DNA from: Candidatus Woesearchaeota archaeon
GTDB taxonomy: Archaea; Nanobdellota; Nanobdellia; Woesearchaeales; GW2011-AR4
DNA length: 33,947 bases
Assembly (NCBI GenBank): GCA_016185865.1
Contig: JACPMU010000044.1
Coordinates: 1-33,947 of the forward strand
Direction: 5' to 3'
In this document: positions 25,625 to 33,947 of the stretch, piece after piece
Layout: each line of letters begins with the position of its first letter
Numbering within the stretch: position 1 is the stretch's first letter
Translations under genes and position numbers: made by a program
The notes under the pieces: model-generated
Database searches by the model: none
What the model saw: only the letters and a program-made list of their open reading frames with translations
What the model was told of the DNA's origin: nothing

Positions 25625-27871
25625 ATGGAAAAATTTAATACTCATATTGTCTTTATCGCCTCTATTTTTATATTGAGCTTGTTTTTCCTAAACAGCATTC
25701 TGCATGAAGGTGCTATACTGGACAATATCCACTACATTAATGACTTGACATTTCTTTCATATAATACAAAGGAATCGCTTAAAAATAATGAACTGCCTTT
25801 ATGGACTCCTTATTTTTATGCCGGGCACTCTATGCTGGCTATTCCAGAAAGTTATATGTTTGACTTGAATTTTTTATTCATTTATTTGTTCAGGAATATA
25901 TACCTGGCAATGAACCTTGCGCTTATCCTCTATTTTTTCTTGGCTGGCATAGGCATTTATATTTTGGTGTATAATCTTGCTGCCAATAAAAAAGCTGCTT
26001 TTATTTCTGCCATTATCTATATGTTCAACGGGTTTATGCATTCGTTTATCATACATGGGCACATAAACGTACTTGAAGGTTATGCTCTGCTTCCTTTTGT
26101 ATTCCTGTTTGTTTATAAGGCATTAAAAAGCAAGATGTGGATCTTTTATAGTATTCTGGCTGGAATTTGCTTCGCCCTTCAAATTCTGTCAGGCAGCATG
26201 ATATTCTTTTTTTACACTGCATTGCTGGTATTTTTTTATATGGCTTTCAGCTTAATCGGCAAAAGCTTCGCTAGCAGGCTTATAAAGGCAGGCTTTATAG
26301 GAATTGTTATAGTTGTTGTTGCATTGGGTGTTGCTGCCATAAAACTCCTGCCTGTCCTTGAATTTACAAAGCTGTCAAACAGGGCTGTTAATGTTTCCTT
26401 TGAAGAATTCTTAGGGCATCCTGTAAATCTTAAAGAGATAGCCAGAATCCTTGTCACAGATATCGGTTACGCTGACACTTCAGCTGCGGTGGGCATAATT
26501 GGAATGATTTTGCTAATTTGCTCGTTCCTGAACTATAAGAAAAAGATTATAGCTTTTTCCCTGATTCTTGTCGTTTTTTCCCTGTTATTCGCATCAGGCA
26601 CTTTTGTTGCGGATATAATGTATAAGATTCCAGGCTTTGACAAGCAAAGGCATATTGAAAGGGCACTGATGTTGTTTGCTTTTGCAGCTTCTATTTTGAT
26701 TGCCTATGGCTTTATTATCCTGTCTGAAAAACTAAGGAAATACACCGCTTATTTAAAATACGAGAATTTATTTTTTGCAGGAATAGTTTTTCTTATATTG
26801 CTGGAGCTGCTTTTTTTGCAGGATATTCCAAAGGGCATAAAGGTTACAGAGCCTGACGAGATAAAACTTCTTGATTACATAAGCAAGGATAATTCAATGC
26901 TAAGAACCATAAATCTTGCGCAAAAAGACATAATAGGATCTGCTGGATACAATTACTATGCACAAAAGGGAATTTCTGAGGTCAAAGGGGGAGGCGGCAT
27001 ATGGGTCAATGACTACGTAGCTTTTGTTGGCATCGCACAGCAGTCATTAAATTCAAAGATGTTGAGCGTGCTGAATGTCAAATACATTGTTTCTGACAAG
27101 ATGCTGGAAGCAGATAACCTATCACTTGTTGGAAAATTCAACGAGTGCAGAGAGTGTCCTGTGGGAAATGCTTTTGGCCCTTACCTTTTCAAAAATGAGC
27201 GCTTCTTGCCGCGATACCATGTTGTTCCAAATGCCATACTGGTTGTGGGGAGCAATTTACAGGTAAAGCAGCTTATCTACAATCTTATGTTTCTTAACTG
27301 GGAGCCAAAAAATGCTGTTATGATAGAGGGAACAAACATAAATGACTACAGCGTGGATTTTCTTGAAAAATTTAAAATTATATTCTTATTAAGGGATTCT
27401 GTAGATCAGAATGGCATTGGCAAATTGCGAGAGTATGTGAATAAAGGAGGCACAATTGTCCCTGATATTTTAAATGGAAAAAACAGTATTTCTGATGAGG
27501 AAATAACAGCAATGTTCAGTAAAATCGCTGGCAGCTATAAAGAGATAAATATCAGTGAGTATTCAAACAATAAAGTAGCTCTTAATTTAGACGGAGAAAC
27601 GGGATGGCTTGTTTTAGCCGAGAGGTTTGCATATTTTCCAGGATGGAGCGCGAAGATCAACGGGAGGGATGTTAAGGTATTAAATTCGGATAATGTGATA
27701 AGTTCTCTGTATTTAGACGGCGAAAAAGGAACTTTGACATTTGAATATAAGCCTGATTCCTACAGAAGAGGAAAATTGGCATCTTCTTTAGCTGTTGTTG
27801 CGATAGCTATCTATTTAGGCCGCTTGATTTATAAGAAGAAAATTAAGTCTGGTGATCAGCTTGAAGATTGA
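25625..27871 (+). CDS. YfhO-like GT-C membrane protein
   Basis: LPLWTPYFYAG, many TM helices, LNVKYI, N..FLPR, GWLVLAE...FPGW.A..NG, F.YKP, C-terminal TM. Start at MEKFN. Confidence 0.8.
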   Translation: MEKFNTHIVFIASIFILSLFFLNSILHEGAILDNIHYINDLTFLSYNTKESLKNNELPLWTPYFYAGHSMLAIPESYMFDLNFLFIYLFRNIYLAMNLALILYFFLAGIGIYILVYNLAANKKAAFISAIIYMFNGFMHSFIIHGHINVLEGYALLPFVFLFVYKALKSKMWIFYSILAGICFALQILSGSMIFFFYTALLVFFYMAFSLIGKSFASRLIKAGFIGIVIVVVALGVAAIKLLPVLEFTKLSNRAVNVSFEEFLGHPVNLKEIARILVTDIGYADTSAAVGIIGMILLICSFLNYKKKIIAFSLILVVFSLLFASGTFVADIMYKIPGFDKQRHIERALMLFAFAASILIAYGFIILSEKLRKYTAYLKYENLFFAGIVFLILLELLFLQDIPKGIKVTEPDEIKLLDYISKDNSMLRTINLAQKDIIGSAGYNYYAQKGISEVKGGGGIWVNDYVAFVGIAQQSLNSKMLSVLNVKYIVSDKMLEADNLSLVGKFNECRECPVGNAFGPYLFKNERFLPRYHVVPNAILVVGSNLQVKQLIYNLMFLNWEPKNAVMIEGTNINDYSVDFLEKFKIIFLLRDSVDQNGIGKLREYVNKGGTIVPDILNGKNSISDEEITAMFSKIAGSYKEINISEYSNNKVALNLDGETGWLVLAERFAYFPGWSAKINGRDVKVLNSDNVISSLYLDGEKGTLTFEYKPDSYRRGKLASSLAVVAIAIYLGRLIYKKKIKSGDQLED

Positions 27872-29498
27872 TTTGGAAAAAATTTTTCTGGCAATCTTTT
27901 TGTGTACTTTGTTGTTTATAGGACCCGGCATATTGTTCGATCATAAAATTAAGCATCAATTTCCATATGCCTATCTTGCGTCGGATGCCTTCCAGCACCA
28001 GGTAAGGGCAGAAGCTATTAAAGACGCAGGCAATTTCAGGTATGAGGCATTTTATATCTCAAAGGGCTATGACGATGCTATTGGCAGATACCCTCCTGTT
28101 TTGTACCATATTGCAGTAATTTACTCCTATTTGGGGAATTTTGAAGTTTATGATTCCATATACTTCATCACCTTCCTATTCAGTTGCTTTGGGATATTGG
28201 TTTTTTATTTAGTGATAAGAGCCTTCAACAAAAATATTGCAATATTGTCATTGCCTTTGTCATTGCTCATATTTTCAAAAACCCCTATGATTGGATTTGT
28301 CTGGGGTCATTGGCCTTTTTTGCTTGGTCAGTTCTTTTTAGTCGCATTATTCTGGGGATTTGCCAAAATTAGTTTGGAAAAATCCTTTCTTTTTATTGGG
28401 ATTTTTCTGGGCGCAGTTATCCTGTCCCATACTGCAAATTTAGTTTTTGCCTTATTTTTTGCATTTTTATTTTTGGTTATGCAGTTATTGAATAAAAATT
28501 TAAGTTGGGTACTGATAAGAAAAATAATATACATTTGCATTATAGCTTTTGTTCTAACAGTGTATTATTTGATAATTTTTAAAAATACATGGGTCATTAC
28601 ACAGCCTTATCAATTTGCACTGATGCCAGTTTGGAGCGATCCTGGGTTATATATACTGGATTTTAAGATTATTGCAGCCTTTATCTTTATAGGCGCAATT
28701 TTTTCCATGCTGTCGTTTAAAGCGGGTGCTAATACGGCAACTCTGGCGTCATTTTCGATGTTGTTGCTTGGGTTTGGCAATTATATTGGATTTGGCTGGA
28801 GAGCCTTTCAAATAAGGTTTCTATGGCCCATTTACCTTTCATTTTTCTTTGGTTTTGCGGCTTACAAAATATTAAGATTTTTTATTAAGAATTGGGGTAC
28901 AATTCACTCTGTGATTTTTGGTTTATTTTTCATTTTTCTGTTTGTCGGCGTCGTCAAAATGCCTTTTATCCTGCAGTATGAGAAGTTTTCAAATTCAGGC
29001 TTAATGGACGATTACCACTGGTCTGCCTTAAAATGGCTGAGCGGGAATGCAGAGCATGATTCAAAAATTTATTTTTTATATGGTGATATTTACAGCCAGG
29101 ATGCTTTGCTCAGAAACTCAAAAAGACTGCATTATCAGGTTGATCCTGATGATTTTGCAAAGGCGCTTCAGAACAAAAAACTCAAGAGGTATTACGTAAG
29201 CGAGCAGCCCGGCGATGGCGGCGGCGGGATTGCTGTAAGAAAGGGCTTGTTTAGGTTTGAATATCCCATTCAATCAAGGCCACCAGAAGATTTTTTTGGG
29301 CATCAGGATATTTGTAATTTTGACTATGTTGTTTTGGACAAAGTGTCGAGACAGCCTGTCCTAGCGCAGTATAATTTGATTATAGCGGCAGAATTATTGA
29401 AAAAAGAGTATATTAAACAGGTTTTTGAGAATGATGCAGTAATGATATTAAAAAATAAGAACATTGGAGATGATTGCATTGAAGAAAGAAGTTTTTAG
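27861..29498 (+). CDS. Multi-pass membrane protein, putative GT-C fold
   Basis: Loop 1 SDAFQH...YPP..YH, WGHWP, many TM helices, C-terminal soluble domain. TTG at 27861 follows a GGTGA SD (ORF track start 27852). Confidence 0.7.
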   Translation: MKIDLEKIFLAIFLCTLLFIGPGILFDHKIKHQFPYAYLASDAFQHQVRAEAIKDAGNFRYEAFYISKGYDDAIGRYPPVLYHIAVIYSYLGNFEVYDSIYFITFLFSCFGILVFYLVIRAFNKNIAILSLPLSLLIFSKTPMIGFVWGHWPFLLGQFFLVALFWGFAKISLEKSFLFIGIFLGAVILSHTANLVFALFFAFLFLVMQLLNKNLSWVLIRKIIYICIIAFVLTVYYLIIFKNTWVITQPYQFALMPVWSDPGLYILDFKIIAAFIFIGAIFSMLSFKAGANTATLASFSMLLLGFGNYIGFGWRAFQIRFLWPIYLSFFFGFAAYKILRFFIKNWGTIHSVIFGLFFIFLFVGVVKMPFILQYEKFSNSGLMDDYHWSALKWLSGNAEHDSKIYFLYGDIYSQDALLRNSKRLHYQVDPDDFAKALQNKKLKRYYVSEQPGDGGGGIAVRKGLFRFEYPIQSRPPEDFFGHQDICNFDYVVLDKVSRQPVLAQYNLIIAAELLKKEYIKQVFENDAVMILKNKNIGDDCIEERSF

Positions 29499-29841
29499 CT
29501 TGCTAAGAAGAGAGTTTCAGCGTATAGGGTTGTTATTTTTATTAGTTTTGGCTATTTTTAAAATTGCGTTTTTCAAGGAAAATTCACTTGTTTTGCTTAG
29601 AAGTGTTTTATCGATATTTTGGATATTTGTCCTGCCCGGATACTTTATAATGTTCTATTGGAAGGAAAAACTTGAGTTTATGGAAAGATTTGTAATAGGA
29701 ATTGCCTTGTCAGCCGGCATAACCGGGATATTCAGCTATTATCTTGGATTGATAGGCTTGAACATCAAGTACCATGCAGTTTTGTTGCCCTCTGTAATCA
29801 TTATAGCAGGATTTATCATATTAATCAAAAAGGCAGATTAA
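29470..29841 (+). CDS. Small membrane protein (paralog of 29838..30179)
   Basis: LLR.......FVLPGY......L...ERFVIGIALS; about four TM segments; overlaps the upstream gene. Confidence 0.65.
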   Translation: MIALKKEVFSLLRREFQRIGLLFLLVLAIFKIAFFKENSLVLLRSVLSIFWIFVLPGYFIMFYWKEKLEFMERFVIGIALSAGITGIFSYYLGLIGLNIKYHAVLLPSVIIIAGFIILIKKAD

Positions 29842-30179
29842 TTAATTTTTAATTTGTACTTTTTTAATGCGAATGCCATAAGCATAAGAGCCAAAAATGT
29901 GAGTATAATTGCTATCCTGAAAGATATCAAAAGCCCAAGAATGTAGACTAAAGAAGGAAATATTGTAAGTCCCAGCAAAATAGCAAAAATAAGTTTTTCA
30001 CTTTCGGAAATTTCAAATTTGCTAAGCATGATATAAAATGGAAGCGATATAAAAATAAGCCCAAAAATGATACGAAGCCCAGTTATGCCAAACAGCACAA
30101 ACGAGAAAACTATTATTGTTGAGAATACCAGTGACAAAAATACAACAAACATTTTGAACTCATCGCTCTTTGCTTTCAA
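29838..30179 (-). CDS. Small membrane protein (paralog of 29470..29841)
   Basis: GLR.......SLPFY......I...EKLIFAILLG; about four TM segments; TTGA start/stop overlap with the upstream gene. Confidence 0.65.
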   Translation of the reverse strand: MKAKSDEFKMFVVFLSLVFSTIIVFSFVLFGITGLRIIFGLIFISLPFYIMLSKFEISESEKLIFAILLGLTIFPSLVYILGLLISFRIAIILTFLALMLMAFALKKYKLKIN

Positions 30180-31792
30180 GGTTTATACACCCTTATGTTA
30201 TCTTTGCCATAAGCCAATGAATGGTTGGCTAAAGCATTTTTTTCAAACAGCTGCATTTTATTAAAAGTTTCTTTGTCATTTAAGGGGCCCAGCATTGTGT
30301 AGTCCAGCATGATATACCAGTCCCTTGATTTCAAGATTTTGTCCTTGTCTTCACGCAGAAAGTAAAATCTGGTTACATGCTGCGACACTGCAGCAAACCA
30401 TCTGATCTTTTTTGACGTTACAGACAGCACATTGTCAGGAGTGTAAGGTATACCTAAAACTGTAATGTTAGCAGAGGCAGGAACATTTTCAAGAATCCAC
30501 TGCGCTGCTTGATATTCCTGCTCATTTAATGTGCCAAAAAAATCATTATAGGTATTTTTATTCAGTATTTTTGAAGCACTTGCCATATTTACTGATAATG
30601 CAAAATAAACAAAAATGGTAGCGACTCCATATTTCAAAAATTTATTATAGTTTGATGAAAGCTTTAGAAAAGAGCCTAGATAGACAGCTCCTATCGCCGT
30701 TAAGGGCGCAAATATGTGGGCGGTAGCTGACAATGATCTGTGCAAAAATGAAGCTTTTCCTATGAAGTCCCTATGAAGAACAAGGTACAAGCCTATAAGC
30801 CATGCCATTAAAAGCAAGTCCTTTTCTTCCCTTCGCAGCGCTATAAATAATGTGCCGAGCAGCAAAAATGGCAATGTCCACAAGCCATGCATCTCCTTGA
30901 AAGAGAAGTAGCTTGGAGGCACGCTCCCGGCAAAATCTTTTGGGTCCATGGACCACTTAAGCAGCCTGGATAGGTCTATATTTTTTCGGGCCTGCTAATT
31001 GTCCTCAGTTTTTTTAATGCCAATCTCTGGAAAAATATTCAGCGTTTGATACGGAAATGCCATGAACATGGCTAAGAAGATTATTGCTGCTGTTAAAGTG
31101 TGCTTCCAATTAAAAACAAATTTTTTTTGTTTTAAAGACAAAAGAATGTAAAGTACTATCAGCCCGAAAACAGCATGGAAAAAAGAAAGCGGATGTATAA
31201 GAAAGGAGATACCCGAAAGCATGGCAGTCAGATAAAGATATAGCGGTTTATTATCATTATTTGAAAATTCTATAAAATACTTATAAAAACAATATAAAAT
31301 CAGAGGCACAAATGAGTATCCAAATCTCTCAGGCCATTGCCCCCAAAGGTACGGCATAAAATCCCTTGGTGAAAATATTATCAACAATGAAGAAAGAATG
31401 GCTGGCAAAAACCCGAATAATGAGTTTACAACAAAATACAGGGTTATTATAACAAATGTTGCCATTATTGTATTTAAAAGGAATATCGGCAAAAATCTGT
31501 CTCCCCCTAATATCTGCATAACTCCCAAAGAAGCGTGGAATGGAGGGGCATACCACAAAGTATGGGGTTTGAACTTATTATCGTAACCATACCTTAAGTC
31601 TATGTAAGGCGGCAAATATACGATTGATTTGTCATTAAACGCCATGTAGTCTCCAACTTCAAAATGCGACATCGCATCGTATTCTCCATAAGGTATTTTT
31701 CTTTCATGATAAGGCTGCGACCAGAAATAAATTGCAAATAGGTACACCAAAACGAAGATAAATGTTTGGATATAGTTTTTGCTTAATTTCAT
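30176..31792 (-). pseudogene. Putative GT-C membrane protein (paralog of 27861..29498) interrupted by one in-frame TAG at 30995-30997
   Basis: ORFs 30995..31792 and 30176..30949 are in the same frame, joined by TAG plus 15 sense codons. The total of 538 codons is close to the roughly 545-aa paralog; shared motifs YDAMSH, YAPPFH, WGQWP. Confidence 0.7.
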
Positions 31793-31898
31793 ATTGATAT
31801 GTCAAATAAACTGATTTATAAACATTTGTTATGGGCAGATAATCTAAACAGATATCAGACTGCATATTTTATCTATATCTAACTTATCTACCGCAACC

Positions 31899-31907
31899 TT
31901 TTTAAAT
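31899..31907 (+). promoter_or_regulatory. TATA box of 5S rRNA gene
   Basis: TTTTTAAAT about 23 nt upstream of helix I. Confidence 0.6.
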
Positions 31908-31929
31908 CATTTAATCCTACTTATTGCCT

Positions 31930-32070
31930 TGGACGGTCATAGGGGCTTGGTTCACCCGTTCCCATCCCGAAAGGATGTGCACCAAGCACTTTCCGGGTTC
32001 ACGGAAGTTAAGCAAGCCTCCGTTTCCAGCAGTACTGCACTTATGTGTGGGAACCTGGAAAAGCTGTCCA
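31930..32070 (+). rRNA. rrf: 5S rRNA (stand-alone) with a 28-nt insertion in loop C
   Basis: Helix I TGGACGG/CTGTCCA; CATAG; helix II GGGGCTTG/CAAGCCTC; ACCCGTTCCCATCCCGAA[insert]CACGGAAGTTAAGC; helix V TTTCCAG/CTGGAAA; loop E AGTA/GGAA. About 113 nt without the insert. Confidence 0.93.
31972..31999 (+). other. Candidate BHB intron in 5S rRNA
   Basis: AGGATGTGCACCAAGCACTTTCCGGGTT; central helix CCCG/CGGG, bulges AA|A and TT|C, inner stem GGA-GTGC/GCAC-TTC. Confidence 0.8.
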
Positions 32071-32073
32071 CCT

Positions 32074-32871
32074 TTATATTCTCTCCAAATCTTTTTTAGA
32101 ATGAATATGCACTTCTTTTTCAGAGCTTAAATGGCCGTTAAGCAGCCCTTTCTCAGCAAGCTCAGGAAAAACACTGAACTCAAGGCTGGCTCCTGAATAT
32201 TCGAAAATCTGCGGCTCTGCCACAAAGATAGGCGAAAACACAAGGTATATGTCCGATTTTTTAGGCTTTTGGGTGAAGGTAAGCACCTTGTTGCCCTCAA
32301 CTCTTACAGTCCCCTTTTCACTTGGCTTTGAAGATGTAGTAAGCATGATTGTTGCAATTGCATTCTGCTTTATGTGGTCATTCCACAGCTCTTCAATGTT
32401 TATCCTGTTAAAAATTATATCGCCATAAACAACAAGGAAATTGGAATTAATTTTTCCTTTAAGCAGCCTCAAAGAATCCGCAGTGCCACTGGATTGCTTT
32501 TCCTCTATGTAGCTTATTTTTACGCCATATTCTGTGCCGTCCTTCAGCATCTCAAACAATCTTGTCAATAAGCTGTGCCTTGCAACAATAAACACAGTCT
32601 TGAAATTGTTCTCCCTCAGCTTTTTCAAAGCCAATTCTATAACAGAATTGTTTTTTATCCTTGCAGTCGGTCTGTAGTCATCTTTTGAAATTCTCAAATG
32701 TCTGTCATTGCCGCCAAGAAGAATAACAGCTGCTTTGTTCTCCCCCAAAGCGTTCTTGGCAAGGTGCTCTATAGCTTGGCTTCTGTTGCGGATATAGACA
32801 TTGTCAACGATGGAGTCTATGTCCTGCAAAGTTTTCTCATTTATTGTTATTGAAATCTTGGTTTTAGGCAT
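32074..32871 (-). CDS. Second RHH plus degenerate nucleotidyltransferase fusion
   Basis: MPKTKISITINE..L..ID......NRSQAIE; AVILLGGND (no GxGTR), GTADSL, FLVVYGD, F.QKP, SLE..VFP. True start is probably 32871, not 32997. Confidence 0.8.
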   Translation of the reverse strand: MPKTKISITINEKTLQDIDSIVDNVYIRNRSQAIEHLAKNALGENKAAVILLGGNDRHLRISKDDYRPTARIKNNSVIELALKKLRENNFKTVFIVARHSLLTRLFEMLKDGTEYGVKISYIEEKQSSGTADSLRLLKGKINSNFLVVYGDIIFNRINIEELWNDHIKQNAIATIMLTTSSKPSEKGTVRVEGNKVLTFTQKPKKSDIYLVFSPIFVAEPQIFEYSGASLEFSVFPELAEKGLLNGHLSSEKEVHIHSKKDLERI

Positions 32872-32904
32872 TTTATTGTTTTGTTGTATTGAATGTATTG
32901 GCGA

Positions 32905-32991
32905 GGCATTGCGATATGTCGATAAATCGCAAAGCGATTTTCGATCATCATCGAAAATCTTTGATTTTCGAGATGGCAGAAAAGCAATGCC
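32905..32991. repeat. Nested palindromic element (REP/MITE-like or structured leader)
   Basis: Outer IR GGCATTGC/GCAATGCC enclosing hairpins TCGATAAATCGC-AAA-GCGATTTTCGA and TCGAAAATC-TTT-GATTTTCGA. Confidence 0.75.
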
Positions 32992-33109
32992 GAGCACTAA
33001 CTATTGTCTCGAAGGGACGGATTGAATTTTTATAATCAATTCACATCATTTTTGGTAGTATAAAGTAGGATAATGGTAAGATATTTAAATATGTTTCTCT
33101 TCTAAAGCC

Positions 33110-33947
33110 ATGATGAAAATTGCAATTGTTGGCGCAGGCTATGTTGGCCTTGTTACAGGAGCGTGCTTTGCAGAGCTTGGCAATGATGTTGTGTGCGTCG
33201 ACATAGACGAAGACAAGATAAGAAAGCTGAATCAAAACATCATTCCAATATTTGAGCCCGGCTTGGAAGAGTTATTGATGAAAAACATGAAGAAAGGAAA
33301 AATAAGCTTCACAAGAGAGCTTAAAAAAGCAATAAAAGAGTCTGAAATAATATTCATCTGCGTTGGAACTCCCCCAAAGGAAAACGGAGAAGCGGATTTG
33401 AGCTACGTTGAAAACGTTGCAAGGACCATTGCTGATGCAATGGACTCCTACAAGATAATTGTGGAAAAAAGCACTGTGCCTGTTGAGACAGGGGAAAAGG
33501 TTGCAAAGTCAATAAAGAGCTACAATGCGCACAAGGCTGATTTTGATGTTGTCAGCAATCCTGAATTTTTAAGGGAAGGGAGCGCTGTGAATGACTTCAT
33601 GCACCCTGACAGGATAGTGATAGGGTGCGAGAGCGAAAAAGCAAAGAAAATAATGAGTGAATTGTACTCGCCATTAAAAGCCCCAATTATATTCACAGAC
33701 ATAAAAAGCGCTGAAATCATAAAGCACGCATCAAACTCGTTCTTGGCAACAAAAATATCATTCATAAATGCAATAGCAAGCATCTGTGAATTGTCAGGGG
33801 CTGATGTTGAAAAGGTTGCAGAGGGAATGGGGCTTGACAAAAGAATCGGAAGAAGCTTCCTTGATGCTGGCATAGGATATGGAGGATTTTGCTTTCCAAA
33901 GGATGCAGAGGCATTCATAAGAATATCAGAAAAGTTTGGATATGACT
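33110..33947 (+). CDS. ugd: UDP-glucose/GDP-mannose dehydrogenase family protein (3' end outside window)
   Basis: Manual translation: MMKIAIVGAGYVGLVTGACFAELGNDV..., PIFEPGL, ICVGTP, EKSTVPV, SNPEFLREG, AEIIKHASN, GYGGFCFPKD. TTTAAATA at 33084-33091. Not in the ORF track. Confidence 0.93.
   Translation, partial: MMKIAIVGAGYVGLVTGACFAELGNDVVCVDIDEDKIRKLNQNIIPIFEPGLEELLMKNMKKGKISFTRELKKAIKESEIIFICVGTPPKENGEADLSYVENVARTIADAMDSYKIIVEKSTVPVETGEKVAKSIKSYNAHKADFDVVSNPEFLREGSAVNDFMHPDRIVIGCESEKAKKIMSELYSPLKAPIIFTDIKSAEIIKHASNSFLATKISFINAIASICELSGADVEKVAEGMGLDKRIGRSFLDAGIGYGGFCFPKDAEAFIRISEKFGYD

Noticed and set aside
30995..30997. Genome-wide amber recoding or pyrrolysine
   Set aside because: Full-length genes in the window end at TAG (GT9, RHH fusion 1, rfaE2, gmd, 27861..29498), and no pyl genes or CUA tRNA are present here.
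31924..32130. 68-aa ORF
   Set aside because: Overlaps the 5S rRNA and the end of the RHH fusion gene; spurious.
32872..32997. 42-aa N-terminal extension of the 307-aa ORF
   Set aside because: It translates the palindromic element; the RHH domain begins at MPKTK (32871), matching the paralog.
33520..33918. 132-aa minus-strand ORF
   Set aside because: Antisense shadow of ugd.

Overview
Archaeal genomic fragment. TTTAAATA/BRE promoters, apparently leaderless starts, AglB and BHB-type introns point to a DPANN lineage such as Woesearchaeota; the taxon is an inference. Most of the window is a cell-surface glycosylation locus. It has sequon-rich surface proteins, a geranylgeranyl reductase-family gene, aglB with an unusual repeated N-terminus, four GT2 enzymes, a GT9 heptosyltransferase-like gene, a bacterial-type nucleotide-heptose operon (gmhA, DHS-like gene, rfaE1, gmhB, rfaE2), gmd plus a ColD-like His-type PLP enzyme and an SDR, a WecB-like epimerase, several GT-C-type membrane proteins and a UDP-glucose dehydrogenase that runs off the end. 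The ORF track misses two RNA genes. One is a tRNA-Trp(CCA) with two introns: a D-loop intron at 15/16 and an anticodon-loop intron carrying a minimal box C/D-like guide for C34. The other is a stand-alone 5S rRNA interrupted in loop C by a 28-nt insertion that folds into a bulge-helix-bulge motif; the predicted cuts restore the conserved CCGAAC exactly, so this is a candidate spliced 5S rRNA intron and the top finding. A second candidate system is a pair of ribbon-helix-helix/degenerate nucleotidyltransferase fusions, each divergent from a nucleotide-sugar gene or operon, one with a perfect palindromic operator candidate. All assignments come from reading motifs by eye; no searches were run.
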